Shown one piece after another: positions 1-10,288 of a DNA stretch of 64,000 bases. The notes beneath the pieces were generated by a model, which saw only the letters and a list, made by a program, of their open reading frames with translations, ran no database searches and was not told the DNA's origin. Numbering within the stretch: position 1 is the stretch's first letter; each line of letters begins with the position of its first letter. Made by a program: the position numbers and the translations under genes. Origin of the DNA: Bacteroidia bacterium (GTDB lineage: Bacteria; Bacteroidota; Bacteroidia; UKL13-3); assembly GCA_025454975.1 (NCBI GenBank), contig JALONK010000003.1:74522-138521 (forward strand). The letters are read 5' to 3'.

Positions 1-3000
1 CAGGAAACACTGACTTTGATTTTACAGCAGGTAACAATACATTAGGTTTAATTGGAAGCGGTACTGATGGGTTTGTACTTAAGCTATCATCCTCAATGAT
101 TACTTTATGGACAAGTCGCTTTGGTGATGCAGGTTTTGAATCGGGCCGAAAAATTAGTGTAATAAACGACCATGTTGCTGTTGGTGGCATTTTCAGTTCT
201 AATTCAATAACAATCGGGCAAATAACCTTAAACAACAAAAACTCGAACTTAACAACAGACGGTCTAATTTATGGATTAGATTCATCAGGTGGAATAAGAT
301 ATTTATATGGCTTAGGTACAACAGGTAATGATCAAATTACCGGTATTGGATTAAATATTAAGCAAGAGTTGTATGTAGCAGGATGGTTTAATGGCAGTAA
401 CTTTAATACAGAATTACACCCAAGTTATCCTGCTAACAATATCACCTCAAGTGCTAGAGATGGTTTTCTAATAAAATTTAATACTTATTGTCCGATTATA
501 GACCAAGAACCTCGAACGTCGTACTTCTGTGCAGGTGGTGCAGCTTCAATAACATCATTTGTGCATGGAAACAACTTAACCTATCAATGGCTTAAGTCTG
601 GTCAACCATTAAACGCTTCATCCAATATAAATGGAGTGAATAATGATACTTTATTGTTTAATGCACTAACAATAAATGATACTGCATCATACCAACTTAC
701 GGCTACAAGTGCGGGATGTAATCAAGTAAGCAGTGGAACTGCAAGCATTGGATTTTTATCTAATACAGGATTCCCTATTCCGGTTCAACGATATCTGTTT
801 AATGGTAATTTATTAAATACAAACGGAGGAAACATAAACATTAACTTAAGTGCAGCTTATACCAATAATAGGTTTGGAGTTAGTAATTCGGCATTTTCGT
901 TTTCAAATGCACAAACAGCCTTATCTTTAAATACTCCTTTTGGAGGTTCAAACTTTACTATTAGTTTTTGGATGAACCTTACAAATCTTAACAATCAGCA
1001 ACTCATTTCTGCAAATCAATCAACCAACTGCGAATTGATGATTGTGAATGGCCGATTCCAAATTAGATTTGGCAGCAATACTTACCAAACTGCAAAGCCA
1101 CTAACTGCTGCAACATGGATGCATATTACTTATATTAAAGAAGGCACACGAGTTAAAATTTTCATTAATAATGAAAAAATATTTGATCAGTTTAACATAT
1201 TACCTGCTAGTCACTCAATACAATTTATTGGCACTGGCCCCGACTTTAACACAGGATTTACCGGACGTTTAGATGATTTACAATTCTTCAATACTGCACT
1301 TAGCGAAGAAACTGCTTCGGCTTTATATTTAATTCCGGAACAACGCTTTGCGAAGGTGGCTAATATTAACAAATGTATTGGTTCTGGCATAGGATTAAGG
1401 GCAAACTTATATGGAGCTAATGCTACATATCAATGGTATAAAGATGGGGTTATGCTTCAAAATAATAGCCAATATAGTGGAGTTAACAGCGACTCAATTA
1501 CCATTACTTCATTAGGTGTAGCAGATGCGGGAAGATATTACGCAGCAATCACCTCTTCATGTGTTACCCTTTTCAGTGACACCACATTTATTTCGACAGG
1601 AAATATCAACTTATCTCAAGGTTTAGTTTACAATTTACCTTTGAATGGCAACCTCAATAATCTTTTACAAAACGGAAATACAGTTACCCTCACTAACGGA
1701 GTAACATATTCGAATGCAAGCAGATTTGGACCTCATTTAAGATCAGGGAATTTTGGTTTTCAATTTGGATCACAAGCAGCTACATTAACACCATTAACAG
1801 GCGACACTATAAGTGTTTCGTTTTGGCATTTTCGTACGTCAAACTCCTCTGCCATAACTACCTTCTTTAGTGGAAATTCAGGAAGTGCGCGACACCTTAT
1901 TGCAGATGCATTAGGCAGATTAGGTTTTGTAAATGCTAATGGCGTTCAGGTTTTATCTAACTATACTATACCCTTAAACCAGTGGATACATATTGTTTTC
2001 ACAAAAGCGGGTAACACTCAACAAATATTTGTGAATAGTCAGTTGGTATTAACCTCAACTGTTTCATTTTTAAATTCGCTTGCCAATAATCAATTGAGCA
2101 GAATGGCCGGTAATAGCAGTAATGGTGAATTATTATTCGGACAACTAGACGACGTACTTATATATAATAGATTATTACTGCCTTTTGAAATTGAAGCTAT
2201 TCGTCAACAAATTTTGTTTCGTACCCAACCAAGCATACAAAGGGTATGTAATAATGGAACTGAATCAGCCTTATTTACTTCTTTAGCTGAGTCAATTGAT
2301 AGTACAGCCTATCAGGTTCAGTGGTTGAGAAATGGAAATATTATTGCGAATGGCGGTAAGTTTTCTGGCGCACAAAATGATAGTTTATTTATAACTCAGG
2401 TATCAAGTAATGAATTAGGAAACTATAGCATACGCATTTCTCCAAACCAATTTAATTGCCATGTTATTGAAACTAATACAGCGGCTTTGTTAACTGAAAG
2501 CGGAAGTAATGCAAATGATAGTTTAAGGCTTTGGTTCACATTTAGCGGTAATTCTAATGATCAAAGCGGAAGAAATGTCACCCATTCTTCAACTTCGATT
2601 ACTTATACCAATGATAGATTTAACGGAACAAGAGGAGCAGCTGAACTTAACGGAACTTCAAGCAGAATTTTAGCATCAAATGTTTTACCTACCACTGCAA
2701 CTTCATATACTTTTATGGTTTGGTTTAAAGCGAATCAAGGTATTGGAGGATTAATTAGTTCAACGAATAATCTACCTCCGGCTTTGCCAACAGCTTATCA
2801 TCCTATAATTTATATAGGAAACGACAATAAACTAAGAGGAAAAGTTTATAATGGCGACCACAGTACCATTACTTCTAATACTATCGTAAATGATAATTTA
2901 TGGCATCATGCAGCCATGGTTGTAGATGGCACTAATCAAGTATTATATTTAGATGGCAGAGTTGTTGGCATGCAAACTTGCGAGGGCATTCAATTACCTT

Positions 3001-6000
3001 CAAACATAGTAATTGGAGGGTCGTATGCAGCAGCATCTACCTATCCAAGTCATATTAATGGTTGGCAATATTTTCAAGGTCAGTTAGATGATATAAAAGT
3101 TTACAACAGAGCTTTATCATCAAATGAAATACTAAGGCAGTCACAATTATTAGGATTTGCATTTTCCGGTGCTAACTTAATTCAAGGTTGTGCGGGCAGT
3201 TCGGTGCTTATTCCTTCCGGAGCATCAGGTAATGCAATTACACAGCAGTGGAGAAGAAATGGACTATTACTTTCTAATACTACTAACGTATTAGCAACAG
3301 ATAGTTCAACTTTAAGAATACTTTCTATTGCACCTGTAGATACAGGTATCTATTTAAGTACAATTAATAGCAATTGTTTATCTATTATATCTGACTCAAT
3401 AAGGGTAAGAATACCAAGTGCAGTGCAAATAATTAACCAACCAATAGGCGGTAATACTTGTCCGGGTACATTATTACAACTCACATCTCGTATTAATGGT
3501 TTCAATCCTGTTTTACAATGGAAATTAAATGGAAACAATTTAAACAATGGTGGTAGAATAACAGGTGCCAATTCCGATACGTTAAGAATTACAAACAGCA
3601 GTAGTAATGATGAGGGGAATTATCAGCTAAGTGTTACTGACGGATGTAATAATGTTGTAAATTCAACAATTGTAAATGTAGGAGTACAATATTTATCGGC
3701 ACCAACATTAGTTACTTCAGCAATTTACCCATTAAATGGAAATGCCATAGCAATTCCAACTACCCGCAATGGAACTGCAGTTTCGGTTACAGGCGCTACT
3801 GACAGATTTAATCAAACAGGTGGAGCGGCAAACTTTATTCGCGCATTTTCCAGCAGGGTTACCACACCTAATGGATTAGTTGGAACAGGTTCAGCAGCAT
3901 ATAGTGTTTCGGTTTGGTTTAAAACTTCATTAATCAATACTACTATGGGACTTATAAGTTTTAACAGTGGACATCCTTCCGCAATTCCTTCACAGTCGTG
4001 GAATCCTGTACTTTATGTAGATAATACCGGAAAACTTAGGGGTAAAGTATATGATGTAAATGTAAATTCGGTAGGTACAACAAATTCGGTGGCTGATGGA
4101 ACTTGGCATCATGCGGTAATCACGGGTGATGGATTTAACCAACGCTTATATGTTGATGGACAATTGATAGGCACTAATTCAAGTACAACAGCATATAATT
4201 TCACCTTAGCTCAATTTATAACCATCGGTGCCAGTTATGGCGGTACTAATAATACGGTTTGGCAAAACCATACAGCCGGCTGGCAATTTTTTGAAGGTGA
4301 TATAGATGACGTAAGATTTTATACCTATAGTTTAAATGCCAATCAAGTAAACGACTTATATACACGGCCAACCATTACCGGCCAACCAAACACCAATTAT
4401 TCAGGTTGTATTGGTTCATCAACTCAAATAAGTATTACAGCCTCAGGTAATAATATAGGTTATCAATGGAGAAAAAATGGTGCAATAATCACAGATGGAG
4501 CAACATACTCAGGATCACAAACTGCCACACTTTCGATAAATCAAATCCAACCAATGGATAGTGGACGTTATAGTTGTGATGTAAATTTTGGCTGTTTAAA
4601 AATATCTACTGATACCACCAGATTAGTTATAAATAACCCTGCACTTGTTACTAATGAGCCGGTAAACCAATCATCATGTGCAGGAGGTAATGTGAGTATC
4701 AACTTTGGGTTTAGCGGTAATAACTTAACATTCCGTTGGCAAAAAAATAATGCCGACTTAAGCAATGGTGGAAATATTAGTGGAGCAGCTAGTGCATTAT
4801 TGAATATAAATAATTTAAGTGCAAGCGACACAGGAAACTATCGATGTATTATTAACAACAGTTGTGGTGGCGACACAACAATAAATGTTTATGTATCATT
4901 AACTGCCGGTATAAGTATTTTACAGCAACCAAATAACAGCACATTTTGTGTAGGAAACTTAAACCTACTTACCATAAAAGTAAATGATGCAAATGCAACT
5001 TTTACTTGGCGCAAGAATGGAGTACCAATTAACAATAGTAATAATGATACTTTACTGTTTACTAATACTCAATTAAGTGATTCAGGAAACTACTCAGTAA
5101 GCGTTAACAGTAACTGTGGTAGTATTACTTCTTCCATAGCTTCTGTAAATGTTGTTCCACAAATTACTATTCAACAACAGCCACAACCGGCATCAAATGT
5201 TTGTTCGGGACGAACCTTACAATTAACAGTGATACTAAATTCAACCAATGGAATAAGCAGCATTCAATGGAGTAAGAATGGCCAGTCGATTTCAGGTGCT
5301 AACGGCTTAAGCTTAATTAAACCAAATATGAGTGTTAGTGACACGGGTTTATATTTATGTTCAATACAAACGATATGCGGACAACTAATCACTAACCAAT
5401 CAAGGGTGAATATCATTGATGAATCTTTATCTATTAACCAACAACCGGTTGATACCATACGTACATGTAAATCAAATGTGGTTAATATTTCATTTACAGG
5501 AAGCTTTCCAAATGCAAACTTCACATGGTTTAAAAATGGAAACCTATTATTAAATACAACAACTCCAATGTTATCAATTAACGGAAGTAGCTTAACTAAT
5601 AATGATGTATATCGTTGCCGTATTAACGGCAGATGTGATACGTTATTTACAACCTCTACTTCTATCCTACTTTTAGATTCAACTTTGATTAATAACTTTA
5701 GTAGTAGTAAATCAGTTGTATGTGAAGGCAACCAAGTAGAATTAAATGTTGATGCAAGTGGAAACAACTTAATTTATACTTGGAGAAGGAATAACACCAT
5801 ATTAGGTAACTCAACAAATAAGTTGATGATTAACTCTTTTGCAATAACAGATACCGGTGCTTATGAAGTAACAGTAAGTGGAAACTGTGGGCAGGTAATA
5901 AGTAACAAGATTCAACTTAACCAAGCAGCACCAGTACAATTAACGATTTTCAACTCTGATACAGCCAAATACTGCGGAAGTTATAATGGGGATGTTCCGG

Positions 6001-7220
6001 TAGAAATACAAGCAGGTGGTTCGATTACCCAATACAAATGGTATTTAAACAATATACTATTACAAGACGGGAACAATGCTACAGGTACCAACACGAACAG
6101 GCTGGTGATTAGAAATCTTACTTCAGGATTTTATCAAGTTAAGGCCGTAGTAATTGGTGCTTGCGATTCGGTAACAAGTGACGCAAAAGTAATTAGCATT
6201 GCTCCATTGCCATCATTTGTTTCTCAACCAGTAAATAAACAGATTTGTGCAGGATTAACAACCGGATTTAAGATCACCACAAGTAATACCAAAGAAATAA
6301 GATGGTTTGCAAACAATATTCAGCTTACAGATATTACTAATAAAATCAGTGGAGCTACTACCGACTCAATCACCTTAATTAACGTGAATACAGTTGATTT
6401 TAACAGCTTATCTAATGTAAACATTTATGCAGTAATTACAGGCGAATGTGTTAGTGATACCATTAGAAGTACTACAGCTAACCTAACCATAAATCAGCCG
6501 GTTCAGGTAATTACCTCACCGAATAATCAACAGGTATGCGAAGGCAGTGATGTGTCATTTAACATAAGCATAAGCGGAAATGGAAATGTAGTTTGGCTAA
6601 AAAATGGTAATATTATTCAAGGAGCACCTAATGCGTTAACATTAAATTTAAATGATGTTACGTTACAAGACTCGGGCATCTATAATTATCGAATTTCAAA
6701 TGTTTGTTCGAGCATTGATGGAAGTGGATTCAGTTTAAACGTATTTGCTTTGCCAAATGCTGTCATAAACAGATTATCAGACAGTGCATTCGTAACTGAA
6801 TCATTTGCAAGCTACAAATGGTTATTCAACAATTCAATCATAATCGGTGCTACAAGTCGCAACATAAGATTAACTACCAGTGGTAATTATAGAGTTATTG
6901 TATCAAACAGTAATGGTTGTATAGACACATCAGATGCCATCAACTATAACGCAATAGGTTTAAATCAGGTTATACAGGAAGAAACAGCGATAAGTATTTA
7001 TCCTAATCCTGCCGAAAATCAAATTAATATCATTGTTGGAGATAACTTTAAAGAAGCAGAACTAACCATTATTCAAATCAATGGACAGTTGGTTCATCAA
7101 TCATATATTAGATCAACAGAAAGCATGATAGATATTAGTGAATTAGCCACAGGATTTTACTGGGTAAACGTAACAAACAGAGATGGTGTTAGAAAAGTAA
7201 TCAAGTTATTAATTAATTAG
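1..7220 (+). CDS. Giant T9SS-secreted cell-surface protein (5' partial): SBBP-like beta-propeller repeats, 4 LamG/ConA-like lectin domains, ~15 Ig-like repeats, T9SS C-terminal sorting domain
   Basis: The reading frame is open from the window edge (codons from nt 3 onward have no stop), and the first ATG is at 96. Four LamG-type signatures are present (RLDDLQFFNTAL, QLDDVLIYNRLL, QLDDIKVYNRAL, DIDDVRFYTYSL). About 15 Ig-like repeats follow the pattern YQW.KNG..L..SG..SD.L.I....D.G.Y.C. The C-terminus (...ISIYPNPAENQINII...ATGFYWVNVTNRDGVRKVIKLLIN) looks like a type-A Por/T9SS CTD. The N-terminal YVAGWFNGSNFNT-type repeats resemble SBBP propeller blades. Confidence 0.8.
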   Translation, partial: GNTDFDFTAGNNTLGLIGSGTDGFVLKLSSSMITLWTSRFGDAGFESGRKISVINDHVAVGGIFSSNSITIGQITLNNKNSNLTTDGLIYGLDSSGGIRYLYGLGTTGNDQITGIGLNIKQELYVAGWFNGSNFNTELHPSYPANNITSSARDGFLIKFNTYCPIIDQEPRTSYFCAGGAASITSFVHGNNLTYQWLKSGQPLNASSNINGVNNDTLLFNALTINDTASYQLTATSAGCNQVSSGTASIGFLSNTGFPIPVQRYLFNGNLLNTNGGNININLSAAYTNNRFGVSNSAFSFSNAQTALSLNTPFGGSNFTISFWMNLTNLNNQQLISANQSTNCELMIVNGRFQIRFGSNTYQTAKPLTAATWMHITYIKEGTRVKIFINNEKIFDQFNILPASHSIQFIGTGPDFNTGFTGRLDDLQFFNTALSEETASALYLIPEQRFAKVANINKCIGSGIGLRANLYGANATYQWYKDGVMLQNNSQYSGVNSDSITITSLGVADAGRYYAAITSSCVTLFSDTTFISTGNINLSQGLVYNLPLNGNLNNLLQNGNTVTLTNGVTYSNASRFGPHLRSGNFGFQFGSQAATLTPLTGDTISVSFWHFRTSNSSAITTFFSGNSGSARHLIADALGRLGFVNANGVQVLSNYTIPLNQWIHIVFTKAGNTQQIFVNSQLVLTSTVSFLNSLANNQLSRMAGNSSNGELLFGQLDDVLIYNRLLLPFEIEAIRQQILFRTQPSIQRVCNNGTESALFTSLAESIDSTAYQVQWLRNGNIIANGGKFSGAQNDSLFITQVSSNELGNYSIRISPNQFNCHVIETNTAALLTESGSNANDSLRLWFTFSGNSNDQSGRNVTHSSTSITYTNDRFNGTRGAAELNGTSSRILASNVLPTTATSYTFMVWFKANQGIGGLISSTNNLPPALPTAYHPIIYIGNDNKLRGKVYNGDHSTITSNTIVNDNLWHHAAMVVDGTNQVLYLDGRVVGMQTCEGIQLPSNIVIGGSYAAASTYPSHINGWQYFQGQLDDIKVYNRALSSNEILRQSQLLGFAFSGANLIQGCAGSSVLIPSGASGNAITQQWRRNGLLLSNTTNVLATDSSTLRILSIAPVDTGIYLSTINSNCLSIISDSIRVRIPSAVQIINQPIGGNTCPGTLLQLTSRINGFNPVLQWKLNGNNLNNGGRITGANSDTLRITNSSSNDEGNYQLSVTDGCNNVVNSTIVNVGVQYLSAPTLVTSAIYPLNGNAIAIPTTRNGTAVSVTGATDRFNQTGGAANFIRAFSSRVTTPNGLVGTGSAAYSVSVWFKTSLINTTMGLISFNSGHPSAIPSQSWNPVLYVDNTGKLRGKVYDVNVNSVGTTNSVADGTWHHAVITGDGFNQRLYVDGQLIGTNSSTTAYNFTLAQFITIGASYGGTNNTVWQNHTAGWQFFEGDIDDVRFYTYSLNANQVNDLYTRPTITGQPNTNYSGCIGSSTQISITASGNNIGYQWRKNGAIITDGATYSGSQTATLSINQIQPMDSGRYSCDVNFGCLKISTDTTRLVINNPALVTNEPVNQSSCAGGNVSINFGFSGNNLTFRWQKNNADLSNGGNISGAASALLNINNLSASDTGNYRCIINNSCGGDTTINVYVSLTAGISILQQPNNSTFCVGNLNLLTIKVNDANATFTWRKNGVPINNSNNDTLLFTNTQLSDSGNYSVSVNSNCGSITSSIASVNVVPQITIQQQPQPASNVCSGRTLQLTVILNSTNGISSIQWSKNGQSISGANGLSLIKPNMSVSDTGLYLCSIQTICGQLITNQSRVNIIDESLSINQQPVDTIRTCKSNVVNISFTGSFPNANFTWFKNGNLLLNTTTPMLSINGSSLTNNDVYRCRINGRCDTLFTTSTSILLLDSTLINNFSSSKSVVCEGNQVELNVDASGNNLIYTWRRNNTILGNSTNKLMINSFAITDTGAYEVTVSGNCGQVISNKIQLNQAAPVQLTIFNSDTAKYCGSYNGDVPVEIQAGGSITQYKWYLNNILLQDGNNATGTNTNRLVIRNLTSGFYQVKAVVIGACDSVTSDAKVISIAPLPSFVSQPVNKQICAGLTTGFKITTSNTKEIRWFANNIQLTDITNKISGATTDSITLINVNTVDFNSLSNVNIYAVITGECVSDTIRSTTANLTINQPVQVITSPNNQQVCEGSDVSFNISISGNGNVVWLKNGNIIQGAPNALTLNLNDVTLQDSGIYNYRISNVCSSIDGSGFSLNVFALPNAVINRLSDSAFVTESFASYKWLFNNSIIIGATSRNIRLTTSGNYRVIVSNSNGCIDTSDAINYNAIGLNQVIQEETAISIYPNPAENQINIIVGDNFKEAELTIIQINGQLVHQSYIRSTESMIDISELATGFYWVNVTNRDGVRKVIKLLIN

Positions 7221-7235
7221 TATTGATAACATCGT

Positions 7236-7277
7236 TAAAAAGATACGGGCGCCTGCATGCAGGCGCCCGTATCTTTT
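7236..7277. terminator. Bidirectional rho-independent terminator (perfect 42-nt palindrome AAAAAGATACGGGCGCCTGCA|TGCAGGCGCCCGTATCTTTTT)
   Basis: A GC-rich 17-bp perfect stem has an A-run on the left and a T-run on the right. It sits between the convergent stop codons at 7220 (+) and 7277 (-). Confidence 0.7.
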
Positions 7278-10258
7278 TATTCCCATGGAATGGTAATGAC
7301 AACTGTTGTTCCGGCAGCACTTCCATCCGGATTTAATAAATCGTGATAAACAACTCCAATAGCCATTTGTCGTCCTGCATTTAAAAGTTCAAGTCGTTTT
7401 TGAGTTGCACCTGTTGCAAAGGATTGATGCTTTTTATTTCGTAGTGCGTTAAGATTGGCTGACTGTTTTCTCCCAATTCCATTGTCGGATACTGTACAAA
7501 TTAATGTTTGCTTTTCACCGGGATGAAATGTAATTTTTAATTTTTTGTCGGTGCGCTTATGAAGTAATCCATGTTTAATGGCATTTTCAACATAAGGCTG
7601 AATAATCATTGCCGGAATAGCAATTTCGTCGGGTATTAGTTGTTCATTAATATCTAATTCAAAAGTAAATTGTTCTTCAAAACGCATGGTTTCCAATTCA
7701 AGATACAGTTTCATGGCCTTTAATTCCTCTTCAAGAGAGATTGATGTTCGGTTACTCATATCCAAATAGGAGCGCATCAAATCACTAAATTTACCTAAAT
7801 AACTATTTGCAAGTTTTTTATTATTAGTAATTATATATTCTTGAATACTATTTAACGCATTAAAAATAAAATGCGGATTCATCTGTACTTTTAATGCTGA
7901 TAGTTGAGAAGTTCGTAATGCAATTTCGAGCATTACTTTATCGCGTTCTAATTTATTTCGTCTTGAAATTATTTTAATTCGGATGTAAAAAATCAAACTT
8001 ACAATTCCTATCAATATTAGAGCAAGAAATAATACAAACCACCAAGATTGATAGTAAGGAAATGCAACACTAAAAAAAGCGACTGCCGGCTCACCACTCA
8101 TCACTCCGTCTTCATTAATAGCATATAATTTTAATTGATAATCGCCGGGGGCTAATGAACTTAATCGTAGTACGTTATCGCTAGATTGTGCAATATACCA
8201 TGTTGTATCTGATTTATTTAATTGGTATTTATAAGTAAGCTTACCTCTGCTTTTATAACCAATTCCTGAATACCAAATATCTAATTTATTTTGTTCGTAA
8301 GGCAATACGAAAGGTGTTTTAGAAACATACATCGCATTTGCTGACTTAATCAAGTTGATATAAACCCTGGGAGGAATGGTGTTCTTAGGTATAGATTTTA
8401 CATCAAACCATTGTAAACCTTTTGAAGTAGCTATATATAAGAAATTATCTTTAGCATGCAGATCTAAAACATCATTTGTAATCAAGCCTTTTTCTTTTGT
8501 GAATGCAATCAAATTACCTGAATTTTTATCTAACCCTTGAATGCCGTTTTCTGTAGCTATCCAAACCATATCATTTGTTACTTCAACACATTTTACATAA
8601 TCAGAGTGAAGACCATATTTTGTATTAAACTGTTTGATAATTTCGCCTGATTTATAATGAAATAAACCTTGTTGTACTGTTGCTATCCAAATAGAACCAT
8701 CCGGGTCGTTTGCCAACCAAGTGGCATATATGGATGAGCCATTAAACTTTATTTCTTTTTGTTTATCACGTTTAAATTCATAGAGCCCATCAGTAAAACC
8801 CATAATTATGGCAGTATCTTGTTCAATATAAATATTAGAATAACCACGTTGGCGACGCAACCAAATTCTATTATCCACCAAAGCAGATGAATCAGGAAGA
8901 AATGTTGATGTGAAATTTATCTTATGTTTTGCTTTAGGATTTTTTAAAATAATAAAACCGAAATATGAGTTATTAATAATTAAATTTCCGTGAGGGTCAA
9001 CTTTTATATCCTTCACCGCAGAAACACTTTCATTTATTACTGAGCATTTTTGAGTGATGGTATGATAAACATGCAGCTTATTTGATTGATGAAATAAATA
9101 TAACTGATCAGAATATTTATCAAAATATAATAATTCGATATCCCTGTTTATTTTAGTGGGATAGATGGTTTTGGTTATACGATTAATTTGAGGGTTTAGC
9201 ACAGACAAAGCTCCTTTGGCGCCGGCTAGCCACAACAAACCATTATTATCTTCTTGTATCCTGTTAATTCTGTTAAATGGTAGTGATTTATTTTGTTCGT
9301 TAGCTACCCAAATTTTTTTGGTTGGCAAAACATAAATCCCATTCTTAAGAGTACCAATCCAGTAATTTCCTTCATCATCCTTTATCACCCATGAAGCATT
9401 TACTCCATTCAAAAAGAATAACTCGGGGGATACTAAATCATCTTTTATAGATACAATATAAATTCCGTCTGTTGTTAACAACCAATTATCGTCGGCAGCG
9501 AAAGAAATAAAATCATTAATCATTGCTGTTTTCAAATTCAATTGAGTTGTCTTTAACTGATGATATTTTTGTTTCTTTAAATCATATTGAAAAATTGATG
9601 TTACATTTTCAGCTATACCGAACCAAAATATACTATTCAAATATTTACTGAAAGTAACCCCTTTCTGATTTGTAAAAAATGACTTAATAATTCCATCTTT
9701 AGTTACAAGAGAACTTTTATTTGAACTATGAATTAAGGCTTTATTTTTATCAACTGAAATGGCATTACTATAATGATATCCATCACTAAACTTAGCTTTA
9801 GATAATTTTAGTGTATGAAGATCGATATAATAAACCCCGAAATTATCCATTACAATCCAAAGCATTTGATCGGGGGTGATAGTAATTCTAGGAAAACCAT
9901 TTTTCACTATATTTTCAAAAGGCTTATATAAAACAAGGGTATCGTTTTGTACATAAAATATTTGTCCCGAAAAATTAATACACCATGTTCTGTTAAATGA
10001 ATCTTCGAAAATGAATGAAAATGCTTTTCCCTTTTGCGCCGGGTGATAATATGTTTTAAAAGTCTTTCCATCATACTTACAAATTCCATTATCAGTCCCT
10101 ATCCAAATAAACCCTCGTTTGTCTTGCATGATATTATATACTTCCATTCCCGGTAATCCATCTTCATCAGTTAATTGATAAGTGTAAGGGGTTTGAGCGT
10201 TTGAGTGGAATGTTGCCAAACAAAATAAAACTAGGCAAAATAGAATTCGCATATGCAT
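7277..10258 (-). CDS. Sensor histidine kinase with periplasmic two-component-regulator propeller + Y_Y_Y domains, TM helix, LytS-type His_kinase (PF06580-like) + HATPase
   Basis: A signal peptide is present (MHMRILFCLVLFCLATFHSNAQ). A long run of propeller-like repeats (WIGT, WIAT, W-rich blades) is followed by a TM segment (WWFVLFLALILIGIVSLIFYIRI). The motif QMNPHFIFNALNSIQ is typical of LytS/YehU-family kinases, and a C-terminal ATPase fold follows. There is no receiver domain and no adjacent response regulator. Confidence 0.8.
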   Translation of the reverse strand: MHMRILFCLVLFCLATFHSNAQTPYTYQLTDEDGLPGMEVYNIMQDKRGFIWIGTDNGICKYDGKTFKTYYHPAQKGKAFSFIFEDSFNRTWCINFSGQIFYVQNDTLVLYKPFENIVKNGFPRITITPDQMLWIVMDNFGVYYIDLHTLKLSKAKFSDGYHYSNAISVDKNKALIHSSNKSSLVTKDGIIKSFFTNQKGVTFSKYLNSIFWFGIAENVTSIFQYDLKKQKYHQLKTTQLNLKTAMINDFISFAADDNWLLTTDGIYIVSIKDDLVSPELFFLNGVNASWVIKDDEGNYWIGTLKNGIYVLPTKKIWVANEQNKSLPFNRINRIQEDNNGLLWLAGAKGALSVLNPQINRITKTIYPTKINRDIELLYFDKYSDQLYLFHQSNKLHVYHTITQKCSVINESVSAVKDIKVDPHGNLIINNSYFGFIILKNPKAKHKINFTSTFLPDSSALVDNRIWLRRQRGYSNIYIEQDTAIIMGFTDGLYEFKRDKQKEIKFNGSSIYATWLANDPDGSIWIATVQQGLFHYKSGEIIKQFNTKYGLHSDYVKCVEVTNDMVWIATENGIQGLDKNSGNLIAFTKEKGLITNDVLDLHAKDNFLYIATSKGLQWFDVKSIPKNTIPPRVYINLIKSANAMYVSKTPFVLPYEQNKLDIWYSGIGYKSRGKLTYKYQLNKSDTTWYIAQSSDNVLRLSSLAPGDYQLKLYAINEDGVMSGEPAVAFFSVAFPYYQSWWFVLFLALILIGIVSLIFYIRIKIISRRNKLERDKVMLEIALRTSQLSALKVQMNPHFIFNALNSIQEYIITNNKKLANSYLGKFSDLMRSYLDMSNRTSISLEEELKAMKLYLELETMRFEEQFTFELDINEQLIPDEIAIPAMIIQPYVENAIKHGLLHKRTDKKLKITFHPGEKQTLICTVSDNGIGRKQSANLNALRNKKHQSFATGATQKRLELLNAGRQMAIGVVYHDLLNPDGSAAGTTVVITIPWE

Positions 10259-10288
10259 GCTAAAATAACTAAGTTATCTTTGAAAAAT

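Noticed and set aside
3350-5767. Antisense ORFs (3350..3571, 4568..4831, 5264..5767) inside the giant + strand gene
   Set aside because: They are fully embedded antisense to a strongly supported 7 kb CDS. Their composition is low-complexity and they show no motif. They are typical frame artefacts.
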